Positions 39,556 through 64,000 of a stretch of DNA of 64,000 nucleotides are shown here, piece after piece. The stretch covers positions 16,403,245-16,467,244 of the forward strand of contig CM119264.1 in assembly GCA_051294375.1 (NCBI GenBank), written 5' to 3'. Origin of the DNA: Paraspadella gotoi (Eukaryota > Animalia > Chaetognatha). Below the pieces are notes generated by a model. That model searched no databases and had not been told where the DNA came from. It saw only the letters and a list, made by a program, of their open reading frames with translations. Positions within the stretch are counted from its first letter, which is position 1, and the number at the start of each line of letters is the position of its first letter. The translations under genes and the position numbers were made by a program.

Positions 39556-42500
39556 AGAGAAGAGAGAGATAAAAGGGGAGAGTGAGAAAGGCGGGATAAG
39601 AATGGCGCACCGCCATTTCTAAGCCATCAACGGCGGCGATATCTGGGAATGAGTAACATAAATTTTCACCAAAATCCGCTTTTCACTCCGCGGGGGAGTG
39701 GGGAGTGGGCAAGAAGGAAGTGGAAAGTGGGGACGTGCGAGAAGGGAGTTAGAAGTGGGGATTGGGCGAGAAGGGAGTTGGAAGTGATGGATTTGAAGAT
39801 TGAGAAGGGTTTATAAATACTATTCGATTATACATATTACATATAATAAAGTTAAAATCATTTGATAATTAGATCATGATAGATTTTTCTTTCTTATTCG
39901 GGCGAGACTAATGAAATTAGATACGAATACGGCCTTAAAATATAAAATTTTAGAAAATGGATGAACTATTTTTGGGCGACTGTAAGTTCATCGGTTTTCC
40001 TCTCAACCCGAGCCGGATTACCGAACGAAGCAGTGACCTTAGGCTCCCAGTGGAACGATGTATGACGATTCGCTTGCTCTGGTCACGTGACGTCGAAGAT
40101 CGACAGAGATCTTTTTGGAAAAGAAACGAAGAAAACTTGAATCAGCAAAAAAAGAAAGAAAAAAAAAGAATTCTAGATATAGAAGATGATCGACTCTCCT
40201 CTCCCCTTCCGCCCCCCCCTTTCCCGCCACAAACCGTCTAAAGCAACATCGCGCGCGGCCGTGAGAAGGGGCTCGGCGAAAGAAGACGGCAAAAATTATT
40301 CAGCAGAAAAACTCATTTTTTATCTGGATGTTTTTTTTTCTGTCAAAACGATTCCATTCGTCATCATCGATGTTTTAGTTCGTCGTTATCTCGAACCAAA
40401 GCCAAGAGTGATGATGTCCTTGCCGCTCGGAGAAATGTAGCCTTCCTTCTCTTGCTTTTTTCTTTTTATCTTTTATTCGTATATTTATTATTAACCTTAT
40501 TTCTGAAGCCAAGTCACGCGCGCTGATTCATTCGAATTTTTATACAGTAGGACAGTACAAGCTGTCGAAGCTAACTAACCAAACGTAATTATCAGAAAAA
40601 AGTCATGAGATACCCATTAAAACGTAGCAAAAATATTAAAATCAAGTAGAATCAAAATTCGAAGAGTAGATGTTGAACAGGCTTGTACCTGTGAATATTT
40701 TTAAATAAAAAAAAAAAATTTTAGGATTAGCCCTTGTTTATACAAAGTACTCAAATAACAAAATTGAGAAATAAAAAAAAAAAATTATATATCAATGTTC
40801 TTTAGTACAAGACTGTTTATACTAATTTTGATCTGCAACTTTCACTACGCCCTACTACCCAAGCTGGTTATAACTCAAGCATCTGAATGTTACTGAAATT
40901 TTTTTAAATACATTCGTTACTGAGATTTTCTTTATTACATTCGCACAAGAAAATCCCAAATCTTCCTAGTGAACGCGACGAAGGTCATAAACAACCATCT
41001 GTTCCTTGCATCTCAATCCTCAAACCCCAGAATCTGCTTTTTGCGAATAAGTGATAATGGATGTCACGTTGACGTGGCGCCCTCTGCCTTCTGCCGATCA
41101 CTTACCCTCAGCGGAAACGGAAAAAAACCTACTTTCAACCTGAAAATTGTATATCGCAAAATTAATGAAGTTCTGATTGTTGGTCGAAATCTAGATTCGA
41201 TTAGATAGACAAAGCCAAAGAGAGCGTTATAGAGAGAGAGAGAGAGAGGATCGATGAGAGAGAGAGAGATAAGAGGGTCTTTTCTGAAGGGATTTGAACC
41301 CGGATTCCACATTCGATTCCATCGGAGAAGAACCACTTTTTATTTCCTCCCCGTCGATCCGAGCGCCGATTTAACATTCAGGGCGTCAAACTTTGGTTCT
41401 GTCCTTTTCGTTTCGCTTTCCTTCCCTTTTTTGCAACGAACCTTTTCGTTTCGCTTTTAACTTTGTCTGCTCTTTTCTCTTATACATTAGTTTGTTATCT
41501 ATTTTAATAAACTTTCTTTTATTTCTTTTATCTTATATCATTGTCTCATTTCCTATCTTTGTAATTTTCCTTCAAATCCACTGATACGTAAAATATTCGC
41601 CAATAAGAAAATTTTTTAATACCATTTAAAAGAAAAATCAATGTCGTTTTTAAAAAGTTCAAAACTTTGTTTAAAAACGATTTAAAACATTCTCAAAATT
41701 ATATCCAAACCAGTAACAAAACTCGGCATCGCTAAAAAAAATATTCTTCATGGAGCAAAAAACCTTGTTCAAAAGCAGCTCTGATTTTTAAACATTAAAA
41801 AAGTTGAATGCTGATAACAACTTTGGTTTCAGCTCGCAAACCTTTCAAGTTATAAATTACCACAAGAAAAAAAATCAGATTTTACAGGTTGGAACCTCAG
41901 GATAGCTAAAGAATATCCCCTCTTCTTAAGCTGATCTTCCTGTAAAAATTTGGGTAAAAAGCTTTTATGCAGCCAATTATGTAATGCACTATTTAGCTTA
42001 AACTACCAATTTTTCAAATTTTCTTGCCATAAGCCACTCCTGTTTCTTCATTTTTTCAAGGGAGGAAAAGCTAATTATAGGCAATGAATAGTTTGAACTG
42101 AATACCCATTGAATACCCCTCTTCGTCTTGCCAATAATCCATATGGCACAGAAAAGCAGTCTTGAAATTGCTAAGTTAGCCAGCTAGAATTGTTTGAAAA
42201 AAGGCTGGAGTATCATTCTCTCAGGCAACAAAAGGTTTATGGACTTAGTACTATCTAGGAAAAAAGTATATCCCATAATTGTTGAAAATTTTTTTATTCA
42301 ATAAAAAAATATATAAAACATGGGTAAAACATTATCAATATTTGGTATGCCCTCCCTCAGCACCGATTACTGCATGCTTTCGTACAGCGAATTGAGGTAT
42401 AACAGTGAAATGTTTTTCAACATCTTTTCAGCCTCAATGTTGTGCGTCTTTCCCTCTTTTCTGAGAGCTATAATAGCCCTTTTTTGAACCAAAAAGATGT

Positions 42501-43293
42501 GAAATGCCTTTAGTATTGCCAATTTAAAAAAAAATAACTTACTCTATTTGAAATAAAAATCAATAATTATATACAAAAAATTGTGGAAAACTAAATATAA
42601 ATTTTTTTGCCATTTTCATTTGAAGTAGCTATGTTTTTTTGCCTGTAACTCACTAAACTTGGATTAAAGATTAACGGCCAATTACCCAACCTTGGACATG
42701 AAGCTGTCTTCGGCCAGTATTGTCCGCGTGCTCCCTTTCCAAAAACGTCTAGAAGAAGAATGGCTCCAACGCCACTTCCCTTCTTCACGGTCTTCACCGG
42801 ATCTTCCGCGACCCCACGGGGCGTCGGGTCTGGCCTTGGAAGAACCTCGCCTGGTGAATCTTATTTTTTCGCGGTCTTGCCCTGCCAATTTGTCCATTCG
42901 TCCGTTCGTCCATGAGTCCATTCCACTCTTTTATCCTTCTTTTGTCCGTCCACGCGAAGATTTCCTTTCCATTTTCTTTGCTTTGGCCGTCGGGTATTTT
43001 CATCCCCCTCTCATAATCGCGCTTCTTTGTTGTGATTCTGACTCTATTCCATCTTCATTGTTAAGAAAAACTCGTTCCCTCAGGTACGCTTCCTCCTTTA
43101 AGTACTTATCTTTATAACTTTTTTAAAATTTTTTTGTAGCCTCCCAGTTTTATTAAAAAAAGTTCCCTTTTTTATTTCATTTAAAAGAGCAATCGCTAAA
43201 TCCTATCTTGAAAAAAATCCATTCATCCAATATGGACTTATCATATTTTTAATAGCAACGCGTCTCTCGATCGATTCCATTCTTGGATTGATT

Positions 43294-43325
<32 letters not shown>

Positions 43326-45154
43326 TTCTTTTTCGCTCCTCGCTCCCTTTTTCATTTTTCCAAAGTCTCCAATAGATTCGTCCCTGACATCGGCGCCTCT
43401 CGCGGCCAGCAACGATGGAGTGGCCATTTCTCCAATTCCCTTTTCTCCACGCCTTCTTAGTTTTTTCTTCCTTTTTTGAGTCACGGTTACTGCGTATGTA
43501 TTATATTTCACTTTTAGTTCTGTCTGTCTCTCTTACCGCGGATAGTACGTGAAAATGTAAAATAAGTAAAAGTAAATTTTAATTTATAAGTAAACAAGTG
43601 TTACTGTCTAAATCAGGTATTTTTAGAGATGCAATGAGATAAGAAAAAAAGGATTTTTGGTTCTGCGCATCTCCAAAGTCCAAATAAGGAAGAATTAAAG
43701 ATGAGGAAAAGGAAAAGAGGAGGAAGAGGAGGAAAAATAGAAAAAGTAGGATGGGGGAAAACCTAAGATCATTTTTTGACATGAAAATCTAATCTGAAAA
43801 TACTTATAATACTTATATGTAATAATAAACGAAAGAAAAAAGCGGGTAATCAAGAAGAAGTTATGACATTTAAAAAAGTGAGACCTTGACTGTGATTTCA
43901 GTCACAGACTGGATCTTGTTTTCATTCCTTTCTCTTCCAGTTTCCCGCCCTTTTTTTTCCTTCTCTCGAGTTCCTTTCACCATTTATGACTTTCTCGTGT
44001 TTTTTCAGAGGACGACGTCGTCGATCAAATTCGCCAAAGAGGAAATAAAAAAGTCGAGTCACAATTTTTTTTTTATCACATCAACTTTTATTCGAAAACT
44101 TTGACCCTTGAGGGGAAAAAAAATCAAGAAAAAAAAAGAAGCTTGCACGACGTCACCAGAGCACAAAACTTGAGGCCAATTGAATGTTATAATCGAGAAA
44201 AATACATGTCAAAATCAAAATCAACAAAAGCAACAAGTTGACTACAAAGATCGGATTTGTAGCATCTCACTGTTGAGTATCCCACTGTTTAGTATCTCAC
44301 TGTTTAAAGAAAAAAAAGGTTACTACGAAAATCCATCGTGGAGCCAAAAAAGAGGAAGGCGCTTATGAATTTCAGCCAACGCCATCTGGGATCGAAAAAA
44401 GCGGGGAAAACCGGGTAAAAGCAATAACAATAACCACGACTGCCGATACCACGACGACGACGACGACGACGACGACGCCCCCGCTCCGATCCCTGGTCGA
44501 GAGAAAGTGCCGAATAAGGGAGACGAGAATATTTCTCTCTGCATCTATTATCTCGAGAGGTTTTTTTTTTGTAACAATTCTCGCTAATGCTGATTACAAT
44601 TTTTGTTTTTTTTATCTCATTAAGGATTTCGGAAACAATTTGAAGGCATAAAACTTAAAATACAAAACAATCATACTTACAAAAAAATTATATGAAGAAC
44701 AAAAAAGCCAAAACCCAGGATTTTGCTTCTAGGAAATCGTCCCCAGAGGCGGAGAAAAGGATCCGCGGAATAAAAGGGCAATAAACGACAAAAGGGGAAA
44801 CAAATGTAAGAGAATAAACGGAAAGGGTTTGGAAGGAGAAGATGATAAGGAAAGCGGAAAAAATAGATATTAATGCGTCGCGAAAGATAAAGAATTGGAG
44901 GAGGGAAGAGAGAAATTTCCTCGAGATGAAATCGTAAAAAGAAAGTGATGGCTTTGAGAAAGAAAGCAAATTTGAGAAAGAAAGAAAGAAAGAAAGCAAA
45001 TTTGATTCGAGGAGGAAGAAGCGAAAGGAAAATTGAAAGAGGCGGTGGATGAAGTTTGACGTTGACGTTCGGTATTGATTGAATGCTTTTAAAAAGAAGC
45101 GACGATAATAATGGAACTTAAAACGATTCTAGGGAGAGAAATTTTGAGAATATT

Positions 45155-45222
<68 letters not shown>

Positions 45223-46864
45223 AAAATAAGATTCTGTCAGGTTTTCGCCAACTTGTTAGTCGAGAGTAGCGATTACGTTCAATTCAATTCACATATTTTC
45301 GAAAATAAAATATGTAGATATTATTTGCTCTTTAGTTTTCTTCTGCGCGATGGAAAATTGTAAAGGAAAATATTTTATTTTATTTATAACTAGTGGTGAG
45401 TGCCCTGTACAGGAACAATGTGTAATAATTTATATCCGAATAAATATATCGAAACGAAAGCTGCAGCCAACAGAGCCAGTTCGCCACTTGAGATCAAATG
45501 TTGCACTTTTCTTTTTTTCCCCCCTCACTCTTTCTTGTCTCACCCTTTTTTCTTCACTTTCACCTTTTTTCTACCTTTTTTTTTTTTCAACTTCCGGTTT
45601 TTTCTCCATCCGCCGTTTTCATTTCCTTGTTTTGTTTGGTTCCACCTTGTTTAGTCTTTGGGGTCTCCTTACCGCTTCAATCGTCGCCTCTATCCAATGA
45701 CGACGACGACGCTCAGGAAGTCGAAGACGACGACGAAAAAGAAGACGAAGGAGACGACGCCAACAACGACGACAGAGACGATAAACATGACGACGAAAGA
45801 GAAAACAGGAACGACGATGAAGCCAAAGACTAACGCAGGATAGACGACGCAGATGACGGCGAAGAATAACCAAACAACGACGACGAAATGGACGATAAAA
45901 ACTAACATAGCGGCGCTGAAAACGACGATGACGACGACAATAAAGACTAACGCAGCGACGACAAAGACGACGATAAAGACTAACACAGCGACGACGATGT
46001 TTGGATGAATAAGACAAAGACAAAGTCGATTATCATGATATCAACGAAGTAGGCGGAAGTTTAAGGATTTTAAGAATTAATTTTAATTCTAATTCCTTTG
46101 TTTCTGACTCTTTTCGCTGAAACAGACCCGACTTTCGCTCCACAGAGGACAACCGACCTTCCAAAACAAACTTTCCTTCAAACGCATATTTTAAGGAGAG
46201 ATCTCTCTTCATTTTCTCCTTCGAAGTTCATTTGTTTTACTTTTCTGAAACTTTTTCTCTCTTCATCTTTTCTTCTTCTAAAAATTTCCCTCTCCCTTTT
46301 TTTTTAACTAGAAGCTCAATTTTTCTTTTAGTCTTTTTTAAAATTTTAACTATTGGTTTCCGGCTTTTTTAAAAAAAGTTTATCGCGAGCGCCTTTCCCT
46401 TATCCTTACGTCCCCTTTTCCAATTTTTTTGCCCTCGACTCGTGTTTTTTTTTTCACTTTCTTTTCAATGTTGTCTTTCTTTCTCTTTCTTTTAAAATCA
46501 TCCACTTTTCTCTGACTTGAATTTTTTTTAACTTTTCTTTTCGCCTTTCTGCTTTCCTCTCTTTTTTTTTCTTCACATTTCTCTTTTTTTTTCCTCTTCA
46601 CCTTTCCTTTTTCTGAATCCCTCGCTGGTTTCCCTCCCAGGGGACTAATTTTTTCACCTGCTACTCTCTAACTATCGTCGTCATCATCACCATCATCGTC
46701 ATCCTCATCATCATCTGAATGCAGGTCCTCTTCCTTCTCTTTTCCTTTTCTCGCATCCTCTTCTTCCTCTTGGCTTCAGCCATTTATTACCCCGTTCGCT
46801 CCTCATTCCTCCCCCCTAGTTGGCCCGAGCTTTTTGCATTTGCTTATTTCTCACCTCTCTTGTC

Positions 46865-46938
<74 letters not shown>

Positions 46939-47102
46939 CTCTCCCGCTTTTCTCCTTCTTTGTCCTCATACTTTTCCATTTATTTTTCTTCCATAACCTT
47001 ATATGGGGAAGCCGCGGCGGCCTGAATAAACAAAGACCCGCTGTATAGAAATTTTGTTATAGTAGTGAGAAAAACCGGGCGATTCTTCGAGCAAGACGGA
47101 GA

Positions 47103-47191
<89 letters not shown>

Positions 47192-47491
47192 AGAGAGATT
47201 CCTGTCTATTGATTTTTTTTCTTCTCATTCCTCTTAAAAAAAAAAAAATACTCTTATTATTTTTATTGTCTTTCGAATTTTCTTTTTCTTTTATATTTTT
47301 TCTTCTCGCTCCACTTAGTTCTTGAATATAATGGTTTTTCTCTTCCACCATTTTTTTTTTTCAATTTGTTGGAGAAAAGTTTTCAAAATTTTTCGTTTTC
47401 CAATTTCCTTCTTTTTCTTTGTTCAAAACCGAAGTCGTTTCTCCGAAGTTTTATCGAAAATCGGATGTGACGCGATTTCATACTGACACTG

Positions 47492-47563
<72 letters not shown>

Positions 47564-47670
47564 CTCTCTCCTCCTTTTCGTCACTTTTTACGCGTTCGCG
47601 GTCACAATCCCTCGCTCTTCCCTCTTCAACCTTTCACACTTTCACAGCAGCAACTCAACATTTTCCTTTC
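37769..47670 (+). repeat. ~10 kb tandem duplication, copy 2
   Basis: Same start and end motifs; differs from copy 1 mainly by 1-nt indels, two N-gaps and a few larger indels. Confidence 0.92.
42335..42522 (-). mobile_element. Tc1/mariner remnant, duplicate copy
   Basis: Same sequence as 32192-32380, within duplication copy 2, with small indels. Confidence 0.65.
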
Positions 47671-48998
47671 CTTTTTTCCTTTTCATTCTCTTTGTTATTT
47701 TTTTTCTATGTTCGCTCCTTCCCTTCCTTTCCTTTCATCCTTCCCACGAATCGCAGCCATCTTGATAAACTCGCCAGTGTTTGACGTGAACTATTGTTTC
47801 AACGTTAGTAAATTTCTCCTTCACTCTTAACCCCCCCGGGGGATTTTGCATATTTCTACCGTCGCGAAATTGAGATTTTAAAAATGCAAAATTAAAAAGA
47901 TAAAAAAACTGATGGTTTCGAAATTATACGATTGAATTCTCCCAAGAAAACTAAAATAGTAAAATATGTATGAGGCAAAGGGCAATTTCAAATTTAGACA
48001 CAATGTAGTCGGTTCATATACTGTTATTAGTACAAAAACTAACTAAACCAAAAATGTTGATAAATCTTAATTCCTTGTTCTTCGTGTTCATAGCGCAGTC
48101 AAACCGCGCCCATCATCCAGACCATTCCCCACGACCCTTCTCCTTTTCTCAAAACCTTTTCCCCGCCACATATAACTCCATGCCCCTCTCGACCCGGTTG
48201 CAAGGAGGAGAAAATAAATAACACATATTCCTTTTCATTCATCGCCAACTTTGTTTTATTCCTTTGCCCTCAGACGCTGACTTTCGTCGCCCCCTCGAGG
48301 AGAAAATTGGAAAAGGAATCCGAGCGTCGGTGATCGACGAGAAAAAGAACACAAGATTCCACGAATTTTGGTTTCGATCGAAAATCGACTTTGGTCTCGA
48401 TCCGTCGATCGAGCATTGAAGACGCTTTGGGCGGAATAAACGAGCTTAACTCCCTCAAACGGGAATCGCTTTAAACGTATAGACATCAGAAGCTTAAAAA
48501 AGAGCGTCGACTCAAAATCAAAAATCGTGGCGAAAAAGAGACGCGCCTCTTTTTCGACGTAACCGGACATATCGTCGAGGCAAACCAACCGACGCCTGAG
48601 ATCGACTATCCCAAGGGCGACAGGATGGACGACGNNNNNNNNNNNNNNNNNNNNNNNNNNNNNNNNNNNNNNNNNNNNNNNNNNNNNNNNNNNNNNNNNN
48701 NNNNNNNNNNNNNNNNNNNNNNNNNNNNNNNNNNNNNNNNNNNNNNNNNNNNNNNNNNNNNNNNNNNNNNNNNNNNNNNNNNNNNNNNNNNNNNNNNNNN
48801 NNNNNNNNNNNNNNNNNNNNNNNNNNNNNNNNNNNNNNNNNNNNNNNNNNNNNNNNNNNNNNNNNNNNNNNNNNNNNNNNNNNNNNNNNNNNNNNNNNNN
48901 NNNNNNNNNNNNNNNNNNNNNNNNNNNNNNNNNNNNNNNNNNNNNNNNNNNNNNNNNNNNNNNNNNNNNNNNNNNNNNNNNNNNNNNNNNNNGAGGGG

Positions 48999-60290
<11,292 letters not shown>

Positions 60291-60467
60291 GTGAGGCGAG
60301 GGGGATGGGGCCGGGTGAGGGGTCTTGGTAAGGTAAGGGTTGCCTGTCCGGTACAAAAGTTCGAGTGCAGAAGTGAGACAAGAAACAAGTTTTGTTTTTG
60401 TTAATTTGGTCAAGAAAGTAAAAGTCGACATCTGGGATTTTTTTTCTTTTCCTTTTACATTAATGAA

Positions 60468-60738
60468 GTAGTGGGCTGAATATGACTATCGGCAACTTCT
60501 TTTACCCCTCTCGCTGACATGGAATGGGTACTGGGCTGAGGAAGCATGCTTGAGGGTTTTTCTAGGCCCTCAAGGCGGTTTACGGCCGTCCTCACGCTTC
60601 CCGTAGGGTAGGTACCGGGATGGGAGTAAACCCGGTACCTAGTGGTCATGAGCTGATGGCTTTACTCAATGAGCCAGCGGGTCACGACTGAAGCCGTCAT
60701 GCTTATAGGCGGGGTGAACTTAGGAAATGTCCGACTTC
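60468..60738 (-). mobile_element. Dispersed tRNA-Met-like/TIR repeat, copy 2
   Basis: Homologous to 12271-12549, with shared blocks ttacggccgtcctcacgcttc and gtggtcatgagctgatggctttactcaatgagcca. Confidence 0.7.
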
Positions 60739-61455
60739 AACGTTTTAAACGAAGGCTAATAGTGAAAGTGACAAGGTGCGCGTGAATTATAAGAAATTCC
60801 GCTGACTTTCTTTCTTTTTTATTTTTATTTATTTCCCTCTCAAGATCGTTTTTCTCCGACGTCAAGTTCATATCCATTTATTAATTATTTACTAAGTAGA
60901 AGCGAGAAAAAATTTTAACGGGAGAGCGTCAAAACCAGCGCGACAACCTGTCGATTGATATAATTAGTAAGATTGAGTAAATTCGGAGATATAACGACAA
61001 CATCGAACCTACGAATTAGATAAAAAACTAAAAGTTAAACAATTGAGTTCAACAAACAAAAATAAGCATCGTGACTCAGAGAGACCTAGACCTCCTAGAA
61101 AGAAAAGAAAAGTCATGAGTTCAACGCCTAATAAATTCTCTCCATTCGTCGACCTTTATCGTCCTTGGTTTCCACTTTTCTTCGACACCAACCCCTTCCA
61201 CCCCCCACCGCCGCCCATGACTCTTCCAACCCCCACAACGATCCAATCCCCCTGAGCTCCAGACGCGATCGCGGGTTTCGAACCTTTAATTGAAACGTGA
61301 CCACACGCGCTCGGCCTAACGCCTCGACGATGTTGCACGTGCTTCGCGAGGTTCCTCTCGTGCACGCACACACCAACGTAACAACTCAGAGCAGTCGCAG
61401 GCATGCGGACGTGAACGGCGATGGAACTAANNNNNNNNNNNNNNNNNNNNNNNNN

Positions 61456-61492
<37 letters not shown>

Positions 61493-61493
61493 T

Positions 61494-61528
<35 letters not shown>

Positions 61529-61639
61529 GTCACTCTCTATCTATATCTCCTTTTTCTCTTTCTCGCCTTTCTTTTCCTTCACGAAACGTCACCCTGTCAA
61601 ATCTTGCCAGGAAATCAATAATCCGTTCGAAAAATTTTT

Positions 61640-63700
61640 TTATCCTCATCATCATTTTTAGTCTTGCAAGCAGGACCAAGCTACAAAAAGTCCACAATGG
61701 CAAAGTCCCATACGCTTCTATCATGCTATCGAAGCACTTTATTTATACTTCCGCGTTTCTTACTTTAATGGTTCCAAAAACGTCGACGCCTGTAGTTCAT
61801 AAAAAGAAATAGCTGCTTCCAACTCGAAACTCTGGTAATGGTCATTTGCTGTGGAGTTTGGGTTCTTGTGAGCCTTCCTGCATGAAGACCTTTCGACGAC
61901 GCGTCTGCATTTGCGCTCGTCCTCCATATAAAAAATTTTGATTTAAAGAATGAAAAGTTGCAGAACCGCCAGCATGTTTTAGCTGTTCTCATGATGGTGT
62001 CTAATTATTAGATATTCACATTCATCCTTTTTTTGGCAAATCAGAGATGCTTTGTTTTCAAACTTCATATCTTGGCATTGCCAAGCCTACCACCCACTCT
62101 AATCAATTATCTGAATCAATAAAGGGGCTCAGAGAGATCATTTTAAGAATTTTTATTTCTAAGTCTCTCTTTATTGCATTAGAGAGATAAAATACCTCAT
62201 TTAAATAATTCATAAAATTTCTTTTTCAAAATAGCAATCGTTGAATAGCTCTATACAACTTGGTTCGTTAAGCATTTTTAAAATCGTGCAGCGTAAGCCG
62301 AAATATTCTCAACTTTAATCTTTTTCCCTTTCTTTATTTAGTTTTAAAACTCTATAATTTTGGACAGCTTTTGAAAAGTAGCAACTCTTTTTTCCTTTCT
62401 GTCGTCCATTCTGACACTTTGTAGATATAATTCGCAGTGCCCAATCTTTGAGTCAGAAGGAGGAAGTATTAGGAGGTAAGTGCAGGGCGTTTGACGGAGA
62501 TCAAGCTCCATTGGAGAGTAGGTGCAAGTCGTCGTGAATCGGCAGCTAAGTTGACTTCTTCTGGAACGTCTTCTTGGTTTCTCTGATGCGTCTTTTTTTT
62601 CGCTGAGGGTTTGAACGGGTATCGTTCTTGACGTCGCGCATTTCACTTTTCTGGCGGCGAAGCCAAGCAGGACCCTGATGTGAAGATGGCCATTTTCTTT
62701 GTCGTTATGTCAGACTTGGAGGGAAGTCGGCGGGTATTTTCTTTTCCTTCAACATGACGCCATTCCTGGATAGGAGATAAATTTCGTATAGTTTTGAGTC
62801 TAAAATGTTGAAAGGTTTAAACCTTTGGATAAAATCATTGAATCCAGTTAAAGAACTGTAATCGAAATCCGTCAGCAATTACAATACTAGAGAATTCTGT
62901 CTCCAGATTCTCTGACTATAGTATCTCTAGATTGAGCAGACGAGCCTTGCCGCATTTCAGCTCTAATCTTGGCATACTTTTCTAAAATGGTCTCCTTGAC
63001 CCGGGATTAATGTCCCTCACTGGCAATTTGACAAATGGGAACAACGTGAGATTTGATAAAATATAAGAAATATTACACATTCATCCTCACTCTCATTCAG
63101 CTCTATTCAAATATGCAAACAATCCCATAGCCAAGTAGATGAAGCATCAGCAAAAAATAATCAAATTGCGTTTTCGCGACATTCAGACGCCAATATAAGA
63201 CGTATAGGCGAGGAAGGATAAACTTTTAAAATGAAACTCTGCCATTACCTTCTCTCATTTATTGAAATTTTTTAGAAAGGTTCTTCCGGAACCTTTTCAT
63301 CCAGGTAAATTGGTCCATATTGTCGCTTTTTGAAAGTAAGACCTTTCTATATAAGAAATATATGGTGCAACAAAATCAAGTGGGTAGTAAGGGAACCGAA
63401 CTAATTTCGATAGGAATACATAATGAGCGATTTTTCGCCGAAAAAAGTAAAGGACATGAATGCTCGGTGGAAGAATCCTCCCAGAAATTTGGTTCAGTAA
63501 ACCGAAACTCGAGTCGAATCTTTTCCTTACCCCCGACTCAAACCTCTTTACTCTCAGGGTGTTAGATCATTGCTTGTCGAAGGTCAAAACTCGATCGTAA
63601 CTTAATCTCATAAATTCTTTCGCTTTTGATTTTCGGTTTCTATAGTTTGGCGTAAAAAGTTTGATATACTAATTTCGGCTTGACGAATCAACGAGCAAAA
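61640..63700 (-). mobile_element. Decayed BEL/Pao LTR retrotransposon pol region (RT C-terminus, RNase H, integrase)
   Basis: Minus-strand fragments in the expected order across frameshifts: YPLDFVAPY and a WDE-like DEKVPEE (~63390-63283), FADAS (~63150), SMPRLEL (~62970), RFKPF, EWRHVEGKEN-PAD (~62750), GPAWL (~62670), LSPFIDSD-LIRVGGRLGNA (~62100), TGVDVFG and KRxG (~61790-61705). LTRs not identified. Confidence 0.8.
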
Positions 63701-64000
63701 CTTTTGAATGATTGAAGCCAGTGAGAACGAATGTAATTGAACAATTTAATTGAGCTTATTAGATCAGTAACGTTACAGATAATATTACTAACCAATTACT
63801 AATAGGTTTATGATTTTTCGATTTTTTGATGTGTCCAATCAGAGTTTGTTTTGCGATGTCGATCAAAAGTCAGGAGAAATTATTATCTAAGCTATTGGTT
63901 AATTTCTTAGACCTACCCGGGTAATTCAAAATATTATTGCTTGCGCAGTTCTTAGTTTTGATTTCGATGCAAGACGCTCGTGATTATTATTACTAAAATT

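Overview
Eukaryotic (invertebrate animal-like) genomic DNA from a gappy, error-prone assembly, with abundant (AG)n/(CT)n and (GAC)n microsatellites, spliceosomal introns and many N-gaps, three of them exactly 25 N. (1) Two tandem minus-strand glutamine synthetase type II (GSII)-family genes (3542-7158, 7 coding exons; 8042-9411, 3 coding exons). Both keep the metal, ATP and glutamate ligands but have lost the ammonium-site residues, so they are candidate gamma-glutamyl-amine ligases. An insertion-riddled copy of part of the second gene lies at 1-829. (2) A ~10 kb near-identical tandem duplication (27.6-37.75 kb / 37.77-47.67 kb), probably haplotypic or assembly-derived; each copy carries a Tc1 remnant. 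(3) A plus-strand multi-exon Ig-superfamily gene (signal peptide + 4 Ig-like domains, 48999-60290, 3' end not found). (4) Repeats: a TIR-bounded element with a tRNA-Met-like core (2 copies), Helentron/HINE-like elements and a decayed BEL/Pao pol region at the right end. All gene models and alignments were made by eye, with reference sequences recalled from memory.
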